Below are positions 21,153 to 33,099 of a stretch of 64,000 nt of DNA, piece by piece. The stretch covers positions 142,478,001 through 142,542,000 of the forward strand of contig NC_058368.1 of NCBI RefSeq assembly GCF_018350175.1, written 5' to 3'. Source of the DNA: Felis catus (Eukaryota). Position 1 is the stretch's first letter. Each line of letters begins with the position of its first letter. The position numbers and the translations under genes are program-made. Below the pieces are notes generated by a model. It searched no databases. It saw only the letters and a list, made by a program, of their open reading frames with translations, and was not told the origin of the DNA.

Positions 21153-24100
21153 AAGATAATGACTCTTCTACAGCCTCTCTTATCAGACTGTCAGCTTCCT
21201 GGGGGGCTCAATAAGCTTGTGTTGATTAAATGACTGAACACACAGACATACAGACTCACCTAGAATAAGAATTTCAGGCCTGGATTCATCCCTTAACTGT
21301 CTCTAGCCCAAACAGGTAAAATGACTTGTCCAAGGTCACAGAGCAAGCTAATGATCACACTATAGGAGTCAGTATAGATGGTTCTCAGTGCTTTCTGACT
21401 TTCACAGGCTGTGTGTTCCCACCTTTCCTGGGTACCAGGAAACCAGTACCCCTCGAAGACAAAGGTATTTTGTTTGTAATAGGATGTATTAATTTTTTGT
21501 GTGCTTTATTTCAAGACCCTGACTAAGAGTCTAAATCTAAAGACAGAGCAGGGGCTCTAGGAGAAGCAGGGGCAGGAAATGACTGTGGGTGAGAATGTGG
21601 GTCAGTCTTCGTAGAAGTTCCCAGAGTTCTGGTCCTGAGATGTACTTCTGTGTAACTTCTCTATTAGTTCAGGCTTACTCAGACAGCAGGGGTAAGATAA
21701 TCTCCCAACCCATCATTATACTTTTCTGAAAACACACTGTATCACTCAAACAAGCTTTGGCTTTGGTAAGAGGGTATCTAAGTTCACAGTTCACCCAGGA
21801 GCTGTGAACTGTTTTTTGCAGACATGACAAGAAGGCATGCATTACATACAGCATACTTTCTAGGTGGCATGGAGTCTCAGAAGAATCAAGCCCTTCTCAA
21901 AACAGACTGGGAAAAAGCCCCTCAGTAGAGGAAGGGAGGTCTCTCCTACTGGCCAATTTCACCTGTTAAGTAGGCACAGAACAGCATCATTTCCTGAGCT
22001 TTGCTCTCAAAATTAAACAGACTTTTTAAAGACAGCAAAATAACCCCAAGTACAACTGGGATGTTTAATCTTAATTTCCTTATGTAGATCACCTGGCTTT
22101 TCATTACAACTGGTCAAGTATATGGGAAATAGCCCCATTCTATAGAAATATGCCACACACATCATCAAGGCTATTCAAGTCCCTACAACACAGTATGCGT
22201 GTGCACACGCAAAGTAAAGAGGGACTAGTTTTCCCTCGGGCCGTTCTAGGTAGCCTGGCTCCTGGTGAGCTGGCCTGCGTACCTGCTGCCTCTAGCTATC
22301 CTCTGTGGCACTGCCCTCCTTGTCCAGTGCCCACACACCACCCCATTAAAGTCAGAGCCCCCTCTCTCATTCCCTGACCTTAGCTGCTTTTGAGAAGCAT
22401 GTTATGAAATTATTCCTGTTAAGGTATAAATAAAAAATATGCTACCTGTCCTATACAGATCCTTATGTGTTGAATAAGAGTTGTTTAAAGAGAAGTGTTT
22501 GGACCAAATTTCTCTAATGATACAATTTTAGGCAAAACAGTTAAGTGAATTCCACTTTCTTTTTTTTTTTTTTTTAATTTTTAATAGATCAAGAAGTTCA
22601 TCACTCCCATGCAGCAGTTCCTAGGGGCTTTGATGCTGTCATACATGATTCCAGAAATACCAAGAATCTTCTTAATCTCAGTGACCGTCTTTAACACCAA
22701 CGACAAGAATCTCTCTGCCAGATGGTGCAGGTGTACCAATCAGGAAATCGCTAGTAATAAAGGCTCAAATAGCCTCAGATCTCGGGCATGAAGGCTGCTT
22801 CTAATGTGCGTTCTGATGGAAATGTAACGGTGTCCAAATCACCAGGCAAGAAACCCTTTTCCACACCCTTCCAATCTCATCACACAGACCATTTCCTACT
22901 TCATCTGTTTCACAAACTGACTTGGCCTCTTGCGTGGGGCTAAGATGGACCCTGCATTTGCAGAAAGGGAGGTTAATGTTGATATAATGATATGGAAAGC
23001 CCAACTCCTCAACCTGTCAGTTCACCTGGATCAGAACCAAACTGGTCTGTGGAGGATGAAGGGCCCCTCCTCATCCATTTCTGGTCAGCATTTACTTAGA
23101 AAGGGGACACTCATTATCCCCAGCTGTCTGTCTAAACCAAAGTGGGAGAGGGTGTGGGAAAAGTCAGCTGCAGGACATTCCTGAGACTTCTCCGTAGAGG
23201 CCCAAAGCTTAAAGCCTAGAATTTCCAAGCATGCCCAAAAGCACTTAATAGTCAGTGTCTGTAAAACCTTCCTAAAAATAACAGCTTCACAGAACTGAGC
23301 TCTTACGCTGTTGAAAAAGGACTCTCTGCTTCGGTTCCACCCAAGATAAGGGCCTCTGTAAGAATAAAAGCATGTGTCAAGATAAAAATTAAAGTGATCC
23401 CACAGGAACAGAAACCAGTTCTTCACAACCAAGTACCCAAGAGGCCAAGAAAAGAACTTGTAAGGGCATCCATCCCCCAGACATGGTCAACATCACAGGC
23501 TCAGATAGATGGGTTTCTAAACTGATGTTTCTTTACACGGGTGTTTCTAGAACGTGCCTGACCATAAGAACTCCCTGGAAGCTTTGCTTAAAAGCTATAG
23601 ATCCCCAGGATCTACTCCAGCCTTATAAAGTCAAAACCTCAGGGGAGAGGTCTGAGAACATCTATATATTCTAGCAGCTAGCCCAGCAGAATATCAAGCA
23701 AGTTTCATAAAAAATGCTCCAAATAAAGTAAGAGGTAACTTTTTACAAAACCCTGTAATTACATTAACTGCAGTTACAGGGCCTATGAGAAAATGCAGGT
23801 TTAATTAAAGAAAGGTAAAGCCTTCTTTATCTAGTTAAAATTATGGAATATACTCAACATGCAGTGAGGAAATCAATTTAACTAAAACTTAGCAAAAACA
23901 AAACCTGCCCTTTAGCTTAATCGCATCTCACCTAAGAGACCCTGCAGAACGTCCCTGCCCTAATGACTATGGGGAAACACTGTGCAGCTGCTCCTGGTGG
24001 CCATTATGGGTCCTAAGGACAGTGACTAGGCTCAGGGCCCTTGGTCTCATCCCAATAGAGGCCAGCCCTAGGTAGCAGACAACCAATTCTAAGTCAGACC

Positions 24101-24194
24101 CCACAGATGCCTCCTGGTTATCAGACTGTACAGGTTTTAGCCTCCAGCTGACTAGTCCATAGTCTTATCCACGACCCACCTTTGTGTGAGCCTG

Positions 24195-24335
24195 GCTACA
24201 TGGAACCAGCAGCATGAGCATGGCAGGAAGCTTGCTAGAAATACAGAATCCCAGGCCCCACGTGGGCCTGCTGAATCCAAATCTACATCTTAACAAGGTC
24301 CCAGGTCATTCTTGCACACATTGAAATTTGAGTGT
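24195..24335. mobile_element. MER5A1-like fragment
   Basis: 'accagcagcatgagcat...gcttgctagaaatacagaatcccaggcccc...cctgctgaatc...taacaaggtcccaggtcattc'. Confidence 0.75.
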
Positions 24336-25016
24336 TTTACCCCCACCTGTGGAACACCCAGGTCATCAGCCCACCCGCTTATGCTCCAGACTCTCAGAGG
24401 CCTTCTGCCCTCACACTCTTGTCAGTCTTGGTTTGTCTACGGACCAAACCACCATCAACAGAGCCCAATGACTAATCTGACAATCCAAAGCCCGACTTTT
24501 CAGTAGTTAGAAAGAGGCAGTAAGTACTGATCATCTCTTACATTCTGAAATAGGGAGCCCATTACCATAAATCAATAGAGACAATCCAAAGTCAAACAAT
24601 ACCACGGAATGCTGGCTCTCTTGGTTCCAACACAGTGTTAATGAGGGCAAGGTCACAAGCATGATTAGCTTCCTCTGTATCTTGGCACTGACTCCAACCC
24701 TCTAACCTCTGGCCGCCTACAAAGGCTGACACACCCCTGGTTACTAAGAAGACTCAGAAGAATGACATGGGGAGGTCTAACAGAGCAGTACCAGTAAATA
24801 ACTCAAAGAACTTCAATGACTGATGAGCAGAATGTGTCGAGGAACACAACACGCAGCCCAGAGGGATGGCTGACATGGCAGATGACCAGGTCAGAATTCA
24901 GAATTATCTGGACAGAAACAGGAAGTCCCATGGTCAAGATTTAAAAAAAATCAAACACACATACATAAGCAAGAGGAATCTAACATGATGGCACTTCTCA
25001 TTTTAAAATGTTTTAA

Positions 25017-25251
25017 GGGGCGCCCGGGTGGCTCAGTCGGTTAAGCGCCCGACTTCGGCTCAGGTCACGATCTCGCGGTCCGTGAGTTCGAGCCCCGCGT
25101 CGGGCTCTGGGCTGATGGCTCAGAGCCTGGAGCCTGCTTCCCATTCTGTGTCTCCCTCTCTCTCTGCCCCGCCCCCGTTCATGCTCTCTCTCTGTCTCAA
25201 AAATAAATAAACATTAAAAAAAAATTTTTTTTAAATAATAAATAAAAAAAA
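25017..25251 (+). mobile_element. Young Can-SINE (SINEC_Fc-like)
   Basis: CpGs retained (gcgcccgacttcgg...cacgatctcgcggtccgtgagttcgagccccgcgtcggg); TSD taaaatgttttaa on both sides. Confidence 0.95.
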
Positions 25252-26911
25252 TAAAATGTTTTAAAACATGCCAGTTGCGTTGACTAATACACCTGCTGAG
25301 AAAGCTAACCAATTTACTGTTAGGGTCCACCAGTCTGGTTTCCAGACCAAGGAAGTAGTGGTCCCTCTGCAGCATGGCTGATAAGACTATCCTAAACAGG
25401 CCCCCAGCCACCTGTCCACACAGATGAACACACAACCTATCACACTTTTTCATCACCACTACCAGTTGTGTTCTTATAATAAAGTGTGGCCTCCTTACCG
25501 GGCTATAGCTCTTTTAGGCCCTGAGTTATAGTTTAAACATTCCACACATCAGCTTAGCTCCTTCGAAGCTGTCGTTTCTTTACTAATAGAGAAAAGAACT
25601 ATAGGCCTAAGCACCATCTCGAAAAAACACATAAACAGACAGGACAACCGAAGCACACTCATTTACCGAAAGGATTCAGATCAAAAAGACCTACCATCGC
25701 CTGTTTAAGCCAGCACACTACGCTACCTAGTACAGCATAAATCCATGCAGAATTAGTAATTAGGCCAGTAAATTATGAGCTTCTAGTACAGAAGAACCTT
25801 GAAAGGACTACTATAAAAATGAGCAAATGACAGAGTAGGTATCTGTTTAGACATACTTCTATGTGGGATCATCATCTAGGAATAGACAGCCATTACAAAA
25901 ATTGGATGTGATTTTAGACTGTTTTTAAAAATGTGACCCATGTTTTTTTTAAGTCTGTATTGAATACCCAAGTAATAGTCATTTATAAAGACAAAAACAC
26001 TGCTTACTGGTACAGCTTGCAGTTCCCAGACTATCCATTATTTTTAATTCCAGAATATTTGGTCTCTACAAGAAAGAGGAAAAAAAAAAAAAAGGAGTTG
26101 AAAATTGTTAAGAGGTTAATTTGTCCTCAATATGTATGTGCTATGCACCACTTACCTAAAGATTAAACAACCCTACTGTCCATGCAGTTACAACCATCCT
26201 TAAACAACTGACTAACTGCCTGAAAACTGGAAAACAACATGTGAAATCCAGCCCAACTGCAGCCTGTCCCAGGAGAAGGGAAGCTTGAACCTCAGGTGCC
26301 CTTGACAGCACAGCTCAGTGTGGAAAGAAAGAAAATGCTGAACGAAAGAATCAGTGGAGGAAAAAGAGCCCCTCTAATTTTCCAGGCATGTGCAGGGGTT
26401 GCTGCTAAAGGGATATTTAAGATCTCACTGCTGGTTTGGGTTGTACTGAACACTGAAACAATTTTTAAAAAGGAAGAATCCCAACATGTCAGTATAGCAC
26501 ATATTTAATTCAGTACTTATGAGATTTGATTCAAGACTTCTTATCAGACAGCCATTTACACACCTAGATGTATAAGTGAAACACCTCTCAAATCACATTT
26601 ACAATGTTTATAAAAACGTACAAAATATACACTAAGGAGTCGGCTTCTGTATAGTTCTGAGAGAGCTGTCCCACTCTGGCTGTGGGTCACAGTACCTAAT
26701 CACGGTTGTATTCCCTAGCCTCCCAGTATGAGCAACTACAATTACAGCAAATACGAATTTTAATTCTTTTTAAAGACAAAAACCTCCTTTACAATGGATG
26801 CACCACAGATGTAAGGAGAGGTACAGTGTTGTGGCAAACATGTTTACACACACACACACACACACACACCCACCAACTCTTTTGCTCTGGTTTTAAAAGT
26901 AACAAGCTATT

Positions 26912-27115
26912 GGGGCACCTGGATGCCTCAGTTGGTTAAGCATCTGACTCATGATTTCAGCTCAGGCCATGATCTCATGGTTGTGAGATAAAGCCCCACA
27001 TCAGGCTCTGCACTGGGCATGAGGCCTGCTTGAGTTTCTCCCTTTCCCCACACCCCTCTGCCCCTTCCCCACTCTCTCTCAAAATAAATCAATACACGTT
27101 AAAAAAAATAATAAA
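26912..27115 (+). mobile_element. Can-SINE
   Basis: Head and tail; near-TSD aaaagtaacaagctatt/aaaagtaactgctatt. Confidence 0.9.
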
Positions 27116-28566
27116 AAAGTAACTGCTATTTACAGAAAATCTGAAAATATTACAGAAAACAGAAAAATAAAGAAAATAACTAGTCACTTGTAATCACCAG
27201 ACCAAGGTGAACAGTTAAAATTTTAGTCTACACCCTTCAAGTCTGTCTATGGCTACCAGCTTTCCTTCCGATGGCACCCCAGTTAAGCAGGCAAGGGTGA
27301 GGGGAGATGTTCTTGGTCATTACACAGACTGACAATCATTAGTCACCCCCACTGGCCTTACCCTAGATCCACAGCCGTAAGGGGAGTAATAGCTGTGCAC
27401 AAATCAAATAGCATGCCTGCAATTTAACAAGCATTCACTGGGGTCTATTTTGCACACTTTTAATTATTTCACAAATGAATGAAATTCATAGTAACAGCAA
27501 TAGCCCTGGAGGGCCATATGGTAACTTCAAAAAAAGAAGGTGGATAAGCCTCTCCTTCGTGGACATGAAAACAAAAGTTAGTTCTCACAATATAAGGTCT
27601 CATGGCACCTATGGATTCGGAGGCTTCTCCTTTGTCTTGTAGACAGCCGCCTTCTCCCCGTGTCTTCTCACAGGGGCCGGGAAAGCCTGACCACCCTCTC
27701 TAAGGGGAGAAAATTAGTGTTGGGGAGAAAGGGTGTATGGAGCATTTGGAAATAAAGACCTGGGAACCCCAAGTGTGTGTGGAGCTCCCTACCAGCAATC
27801 CAGGGATGGCTGCAAGTCTGTGCACTTATAGGATGAGAGATATTCAGCCCATAATCAAATATCCTTAGTTCCACAAACAGGGATGCTTTAAAAGGCCACA
27901 TATTCACTGTTATAACATCCTAGCTTCATACATTAGCCTAGGCTGCAAATCCTCAATGTATTACCTTTAAGTTGCCAAAAGCCAGGAAACCTGGTGACAT
28001 CACTGAACCATTCTCTGTACATACAGAAGACACAAGAACTGCTTTTACAGCTAATGTCACCTCAGTAATTGTTAAACTTTGTTTGCAATGAACCCGCTGA
28101 AACCCTCAATATTCTTCATTCAAATACCATAATTGACTACAGAATTCAGTACTTATTATTTTAGAAACCACGTGAAGAGTTTTAAAAGCGAGTTTGGTTG
28201 TGATGTCCTAAATGGAACCGCAACAATTCACCCAAGTAAACACCTCTGTAGTCTTACTCAATTTTGATGAAAGTATTTTTTAAATAGGGTCCAAAACACC
28301 ACTTAATCAACAAATATAGTATCAAATCAAAATCAGAACCTACAGGAGGAAAACTCAAATACACTTAGGTTCTTCCTTCTTACCTGGCAAATCTCAAAGT
28401 CAAAGTTGGGAACTTCTCTTGACCTAGCTGACGATATTACAGTTTAACTAAGAAAACACACAGATTACACACCTCTATGTTCAGTACTTTCTAGATGTGC
28501 ACAAAACTACTTTACTTCCTCAGCAAGTAAAGGTCATCTTACATTTTCTTCAACACAACACATACC

Positions 28567-28925
28567 TGTGTAATAATCGGTCCAAGCTGCTATAACAAAA
28601 TACCAGACACTGGATAATTTAAACAGTATTTATTTCTCGCTGTTCTAGAGGCTGGGAGTCCAAGGTCAAGGCACTGTGAGATTTGGTTCCTGATGAGAAC
28701 CCTCTTACAGGTTTGCAATGACAGCCTCCTCTCTGTGGTGGAGAGAGAGCTGATGTGCTCTGATCTCTCTTCCTCTTTGGGTAAGGACACTACTCCCACC
28801 AGGGAGGTCCAGACTCACGACCTCATCCAAATCTAATCACCTCCCAAAGACCCCACCTCCAAATATCACCATGCTGGGGGTTAGGGTTTCCACATAAGAA
28901 CTTGGGGAAGAACATGGTCTATAAC
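28567..28925 (-). mobile_element. MaLR solo LTR (MLT1A-like)
   Basis: 'gctgctataacaaaataccagacactgg...tttatttctcgctgttctagaggctgggagtccaaggtcaagg...aatcacctcccaaagaccccacctccaaatatcacc...gggggttaggg'. Confidence 0.88.
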
Positions 28926-29269
28926 GTATGTGTGTATGTGTGTGTCTGTGTGTGTCTGTGTTGGGGGAGTGGTAATCAATTTCACCAGTTATACATCCTA
29001 GCTACTTAAGTATGTTCACAGCCATTCTACATATATTCCTTTCAATGATCCCAGTTCAAAGTAACATAAACAGATATCACCAGGTCTGTAAAATAACAGT
29101 GAGAGACTGGTCATTTAAGGCCAAGGTCAGAGGTTTAATTATCCCAGTGAGGCCTGTTGCAAGGATAAAAGAGAAAAATTCAGTTACAAGTATACAGATC
29201 ACTCCCATCCTGAGCACTGTTTAGTAAATCTCAACAATCCAGGCAACTACTTGCCACTACTATAAAAAC

Positions 29270-29720
29270 AACTCCATCTTTCATCTCTACTCCAGACTCT
29301 CTTCCTGCCCGTGTTTTCAGCTCTCTGCTGGACATCTCTCCCTGGAAGGCTCACAGTTCTGTTCGGGATCCAACTGAACTCATTACTCCGTACCATCTCC
29401 TCAAATTGAAGTTGCCCACAGTTGTTCACCTCAGTGAATGGTGCCATGACCACACCAGTCACCCTGGACTCCCTCTTGGTGTCCACAACTGAGAGAAGAC
29501 CCAGGAAGGGTAAGCAGTCTCTCCCAACCTCTCCCTCTCCAAGTCCCTCAAGGATTCCCACACTAGCCTCTCAGCTCAACTTCTGTCCCCACTCTGGTCT
29601 CCTTGTCACCCAACTCACCTCATGGCCACCAAGTTCTTTCTAAAGCACTATAAAACAAGTCATTTACCTGCTGCAAATTCTCTTTCAGCCAGCTTTAGAG
29701 ATGAAGTTCAGGTTCCTCAG
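29270..29720 (+). mobile_element. L2 remnant
   Basis: 'ctctactccagactc...ctggacatctct...aactgaactcattactcc...cacctcagtgaatggtgccat' is L2-like. Confidence 0.6.
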
Positions 29721-31169
29721 CTCAGCACCCAACCCCAGCACCCTCAGGTACTTCCCTCTCGACCTTGCCTCCATACACACGACTACTATCAGAGCCCTAC
29801 CTGCCTTATACCTTTGCCAGCCTTCTAGACTCCAAACGTGTGGTTATTACTGCATCATGTATTAATGTCTGTTTAAAAGTAATGAAAAAGAAAACCAGGA
29901 ACCAAGTATCCACTCTTCCTTTTCCTCCTTCAGCCACGCCTTATACAGCAAGAGAGAGTGAGGTGTCTCAAGTGCCACACCAGATTCTCCCCTGGACACA
30001 CCTGGGTTTTACAGGGTGATGACCAGAAGTGACCTTTAATTCCTTCTTTGCCTTTCTAAGGCTCAGAAATCTCACCTTTGAGAAAGAGACTCTTTGTTTT
30101 CATGGCATGTTGGCTGATGGTTCTCCTCACCCACTACCCAAATGGACACAGACTTGTATTAAGCACAGAAGAAATAGTCTCTTTCTCCCTTATCCCGAGG
30201 GAGAACCCGTAAGCCCGGCTGCCCCATCACTACCCGCAGCCAGGTCCCTTCCCTCTGAGCAGGCTGGCTTGTGGAAGGGAAGCACGCCCAGTGCTCTGCT
30301 TTCCCAGTACAGGCTCTCTGAAATCATAAGAGTTTCCCGGGTTGATGGAGGTCCTTTGCACACGGAGTTTGTTTCTCCAACTAGCACGCGTGCACTGGGA
30401 GGGAGGAAGCCCGTTCTTGGTTCTCGCTATGTCACCAGAGGCCAGAACAGAGCCCAGCCCATGGGACAGGCTTCATGGATATTTGCTGAATGACAGGATA
30501 AAACAGTGGATGAATGACAGAATAAGCGGTCCTCCTAAATTAGAAGAGCAGTATACAGTATAGTTGCCCTGCTCTTAAGAACTAGTGTTTTGCTAAGAAT
30601 GCCTTTTGTTCACTTAGCCGTTAGATACAACCTTAATAAAAACTGGCCAGTGTATCCTTAATCCCAAAACATGCCTTAACCATTGCTTTTTGGAACAAAT
30701 TCTAGAGATTGGATATTCACTGTTTGTATCTTTCCAAGAGCAGTATGCGTGGAGTAAAATGTTGCTTTTAGGATTCCCAAAGAGGCATGCACCTTGCCCA
30801 CTGCTGGTTTGTTTTTTTTGTTTTTGTTCTCTCAAACATGGACCAGAAACCTGAGAACCTGCCATCACAGAGTCAGTGAGGCCTGCAGTAGCACACCCAC
30901 ACCTGTGCTCTTGCCCTCAGAGCCAAACACAGCCTGTGCTACACTCTCCAGAACTGGAGTCCCAGAGAAGGCTGACCACATGGGCCAAAAGGATTCGGCA
31001 TATAAGTTCTAGAAAGATCAAGTGTTTCTGCCTGTGGGCTGCCCGAGGCAGGGGTACAGCCTCAGCTCAGGGTCTGCCTGAGGCAGCCACAGCTTACTCT
31101 AAATCAGGTATCCATTCCAGCTCTTTGAATGGCACTGCTTTTCCCAGGGCATTTGAAATACTTGACAAC

Positions 31170-31355
31170 CATCATTAACGTTTTCTGAGCACTTAGCAGG
31201 AGGCACCACCTAAATCCTATGCAAAAGTAATCCTAGTTAATCTTCAAGGTTAGTCTTTGACTTGCACTCTTACTGCCACCAATTTATAGATACAGAAACC
31301 AAGGCTGAGAGAAATTAAATAACTTGTCCAAGGTTCAGATAGTAAGTGGCACCTC
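31170..31355 (-). mobile_element. MIR
   Basis: 'tttatagatacagaaaccaaggctgagagaaattaaataacttgtccaagg'. Confidence 0.75.
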
Positions 31356-31418
31356 TAGGAGGTCAACAGTACCAGTCTGGGTCCTCCTAGGGTTTAGCCT
31401 CCTCCTTTGTCAATTTAA

Positions 31419-31632
31419 TTTTTTTTTTTCAACATTTATTTATTTTTGGGACAGAGAGAGACAGAGCATGAACGGGGGAGGGGCAGAGAGAGAGGGAGAC
31501 ACAGAATCGGAAACAGGCTCCAGGCTCCGAGCCATCAGCCCAGAGCCGGATGCGGGGCTCGAACTCACGGACCACGAGATCGTGACCTGGCTGAAGTCGG
31601 ACGCTTAACCGACTGCGCCACCCAGGCGCCCC
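31419..31632 (-). mobile_element. Young Can-SINE (SINEC_Fc-like)
   Basis: CpG-intact body; perfect 19-bp TSD TCCTCCTTTGTCAATTTAA at 31400-31418 and 31633-31651. Confidence 0.95.
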
Positions 31633-33099
31633 TCCTCCTTTGTCAATTTAAAGTTGAGAAGCTATATACAATGTTCATTAAAAAAGACTATATACTTTTC
31701 ATACATTGTTTCTCTGTCTTCTCCTTTGGAATTTTCCTTCCTGCCCTGCCTGCTCTGTGCAGTGAAATCTCTTTCTTTAATTCATCACTCTACACATCTT
31801 TGTAAGCAGGTTCCATCAATTTTGAGCCCATCTACATGCATGAACAGTACACATTACTTTTTCCAGAAGGGATCGCTTTGCTCTCATCCACAAAGAGCCT
31901 TTTTCCTAACTAAAGACAAATTACTGGTTCGTGTATCATGATTCAAATTATATTTGAGAATGTTCATTTGCAGTGTAATTATTCTTCCTAATTGGACTGC
32001 TCTAAAGACAAATGATTCGCCCTCTCCACCCCCATCATCTCCTGCAACACACCGTGTCTTCTTTCCTGGCATTTTATAAAATGTTCGCTGCACCCTTTGC
32101 AAACCACAACCAGACACACTACCTGCTCTCTGTGTGACCACTTGGAAAAAATAGCATTATAACATAATAGTGGTATGACTTCAAACCCCTCAAATATTTC
32201 ACCAGCATGAGATTTCTGACACAGATTAATAACAAGCCTATCACAGTATGACAGCAAAAAGAAATGGTCATCTTGGGTTTTATTTCTTTTCTCTGTCTTC
32301 AAGACATTTAATCTCCCTACTAGCATGTGCTCCCTATCTCCTAAATTTGAAAAGAAGTCGTTTTTTAAAGAACAACAGGAGGAAAGAATCAGAAACACGC
32401 AGGAAAGGGCAACGCCAAAGAAATTAGCATCGATCCTGGCTTAAACCTGGCGGGGGTGGAGCTCTCAAGCTCGAGAGGGAAGCAAAAGCAACGTGCCCAT
32501 GATAAACGGTCCTTCGAACTTGGTTACTCAGGTTTAACTCTCTGGGACCGGGCTCTAACAGTTCCCTTCCCCTTCCCCCTCACATCTCTCCTCCCTCTGG
32601 CTCAAACCCACTCTGGTCCACAGGGGCTGCTTTGCGATTTCGAACAGAAGTTCTACTTTCACATGTGGGTCACCGATGGCAACCTCCACGCACGCACACA
32701 ATCACAGAGAGAAAACGGGAAATACAGGAAATGGTCCGGGGCGGGGGGAGTGAAGATGGGGGTGGGGGATAAGACTTTGTCTTCATTCTCATTTACTCCC
32801 ACTGAAACGGCTCGCGGACTCCCCTGAAACTCAGGACGCTCCTGGATTAAGAGAAAAGTTAAACGGGATCGAAGAAAAACCCTTTTGCTGTTCTGAATTC
32901 AAAGAACACCAGACCACTGAATGGAAGGGAAAAAGGGGGGGGGGGGACTCTGAGCCTAAAAACATCCCGAAACAAGTACACAGTCTCCTCCAGTTCTTTA
33001 CCCCATCTCATGGGCTCAACCCACCCATCCCAGATGTGGTCTTCCCCACTACACGCCCACCTCCTCCAGCAGGCACCCCAAATCACTGCGCTGCCCACA

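Noticed and set aside
23984..24003. CTCF-like TGGCCACCAGGAGCAGCTG on the minus strand
   Set aside because: The 3' half of the core departs from the GGGGCGC/TGGCAG consensus at several key positions, too weak without a PWM score.
25017..25095. tRNA-like sequences with A/B boxes
   Set aside because: These are the tRNA-derived heads of Can-SINEs, followed by SINE bodies and poly(A), not tRNA genes.
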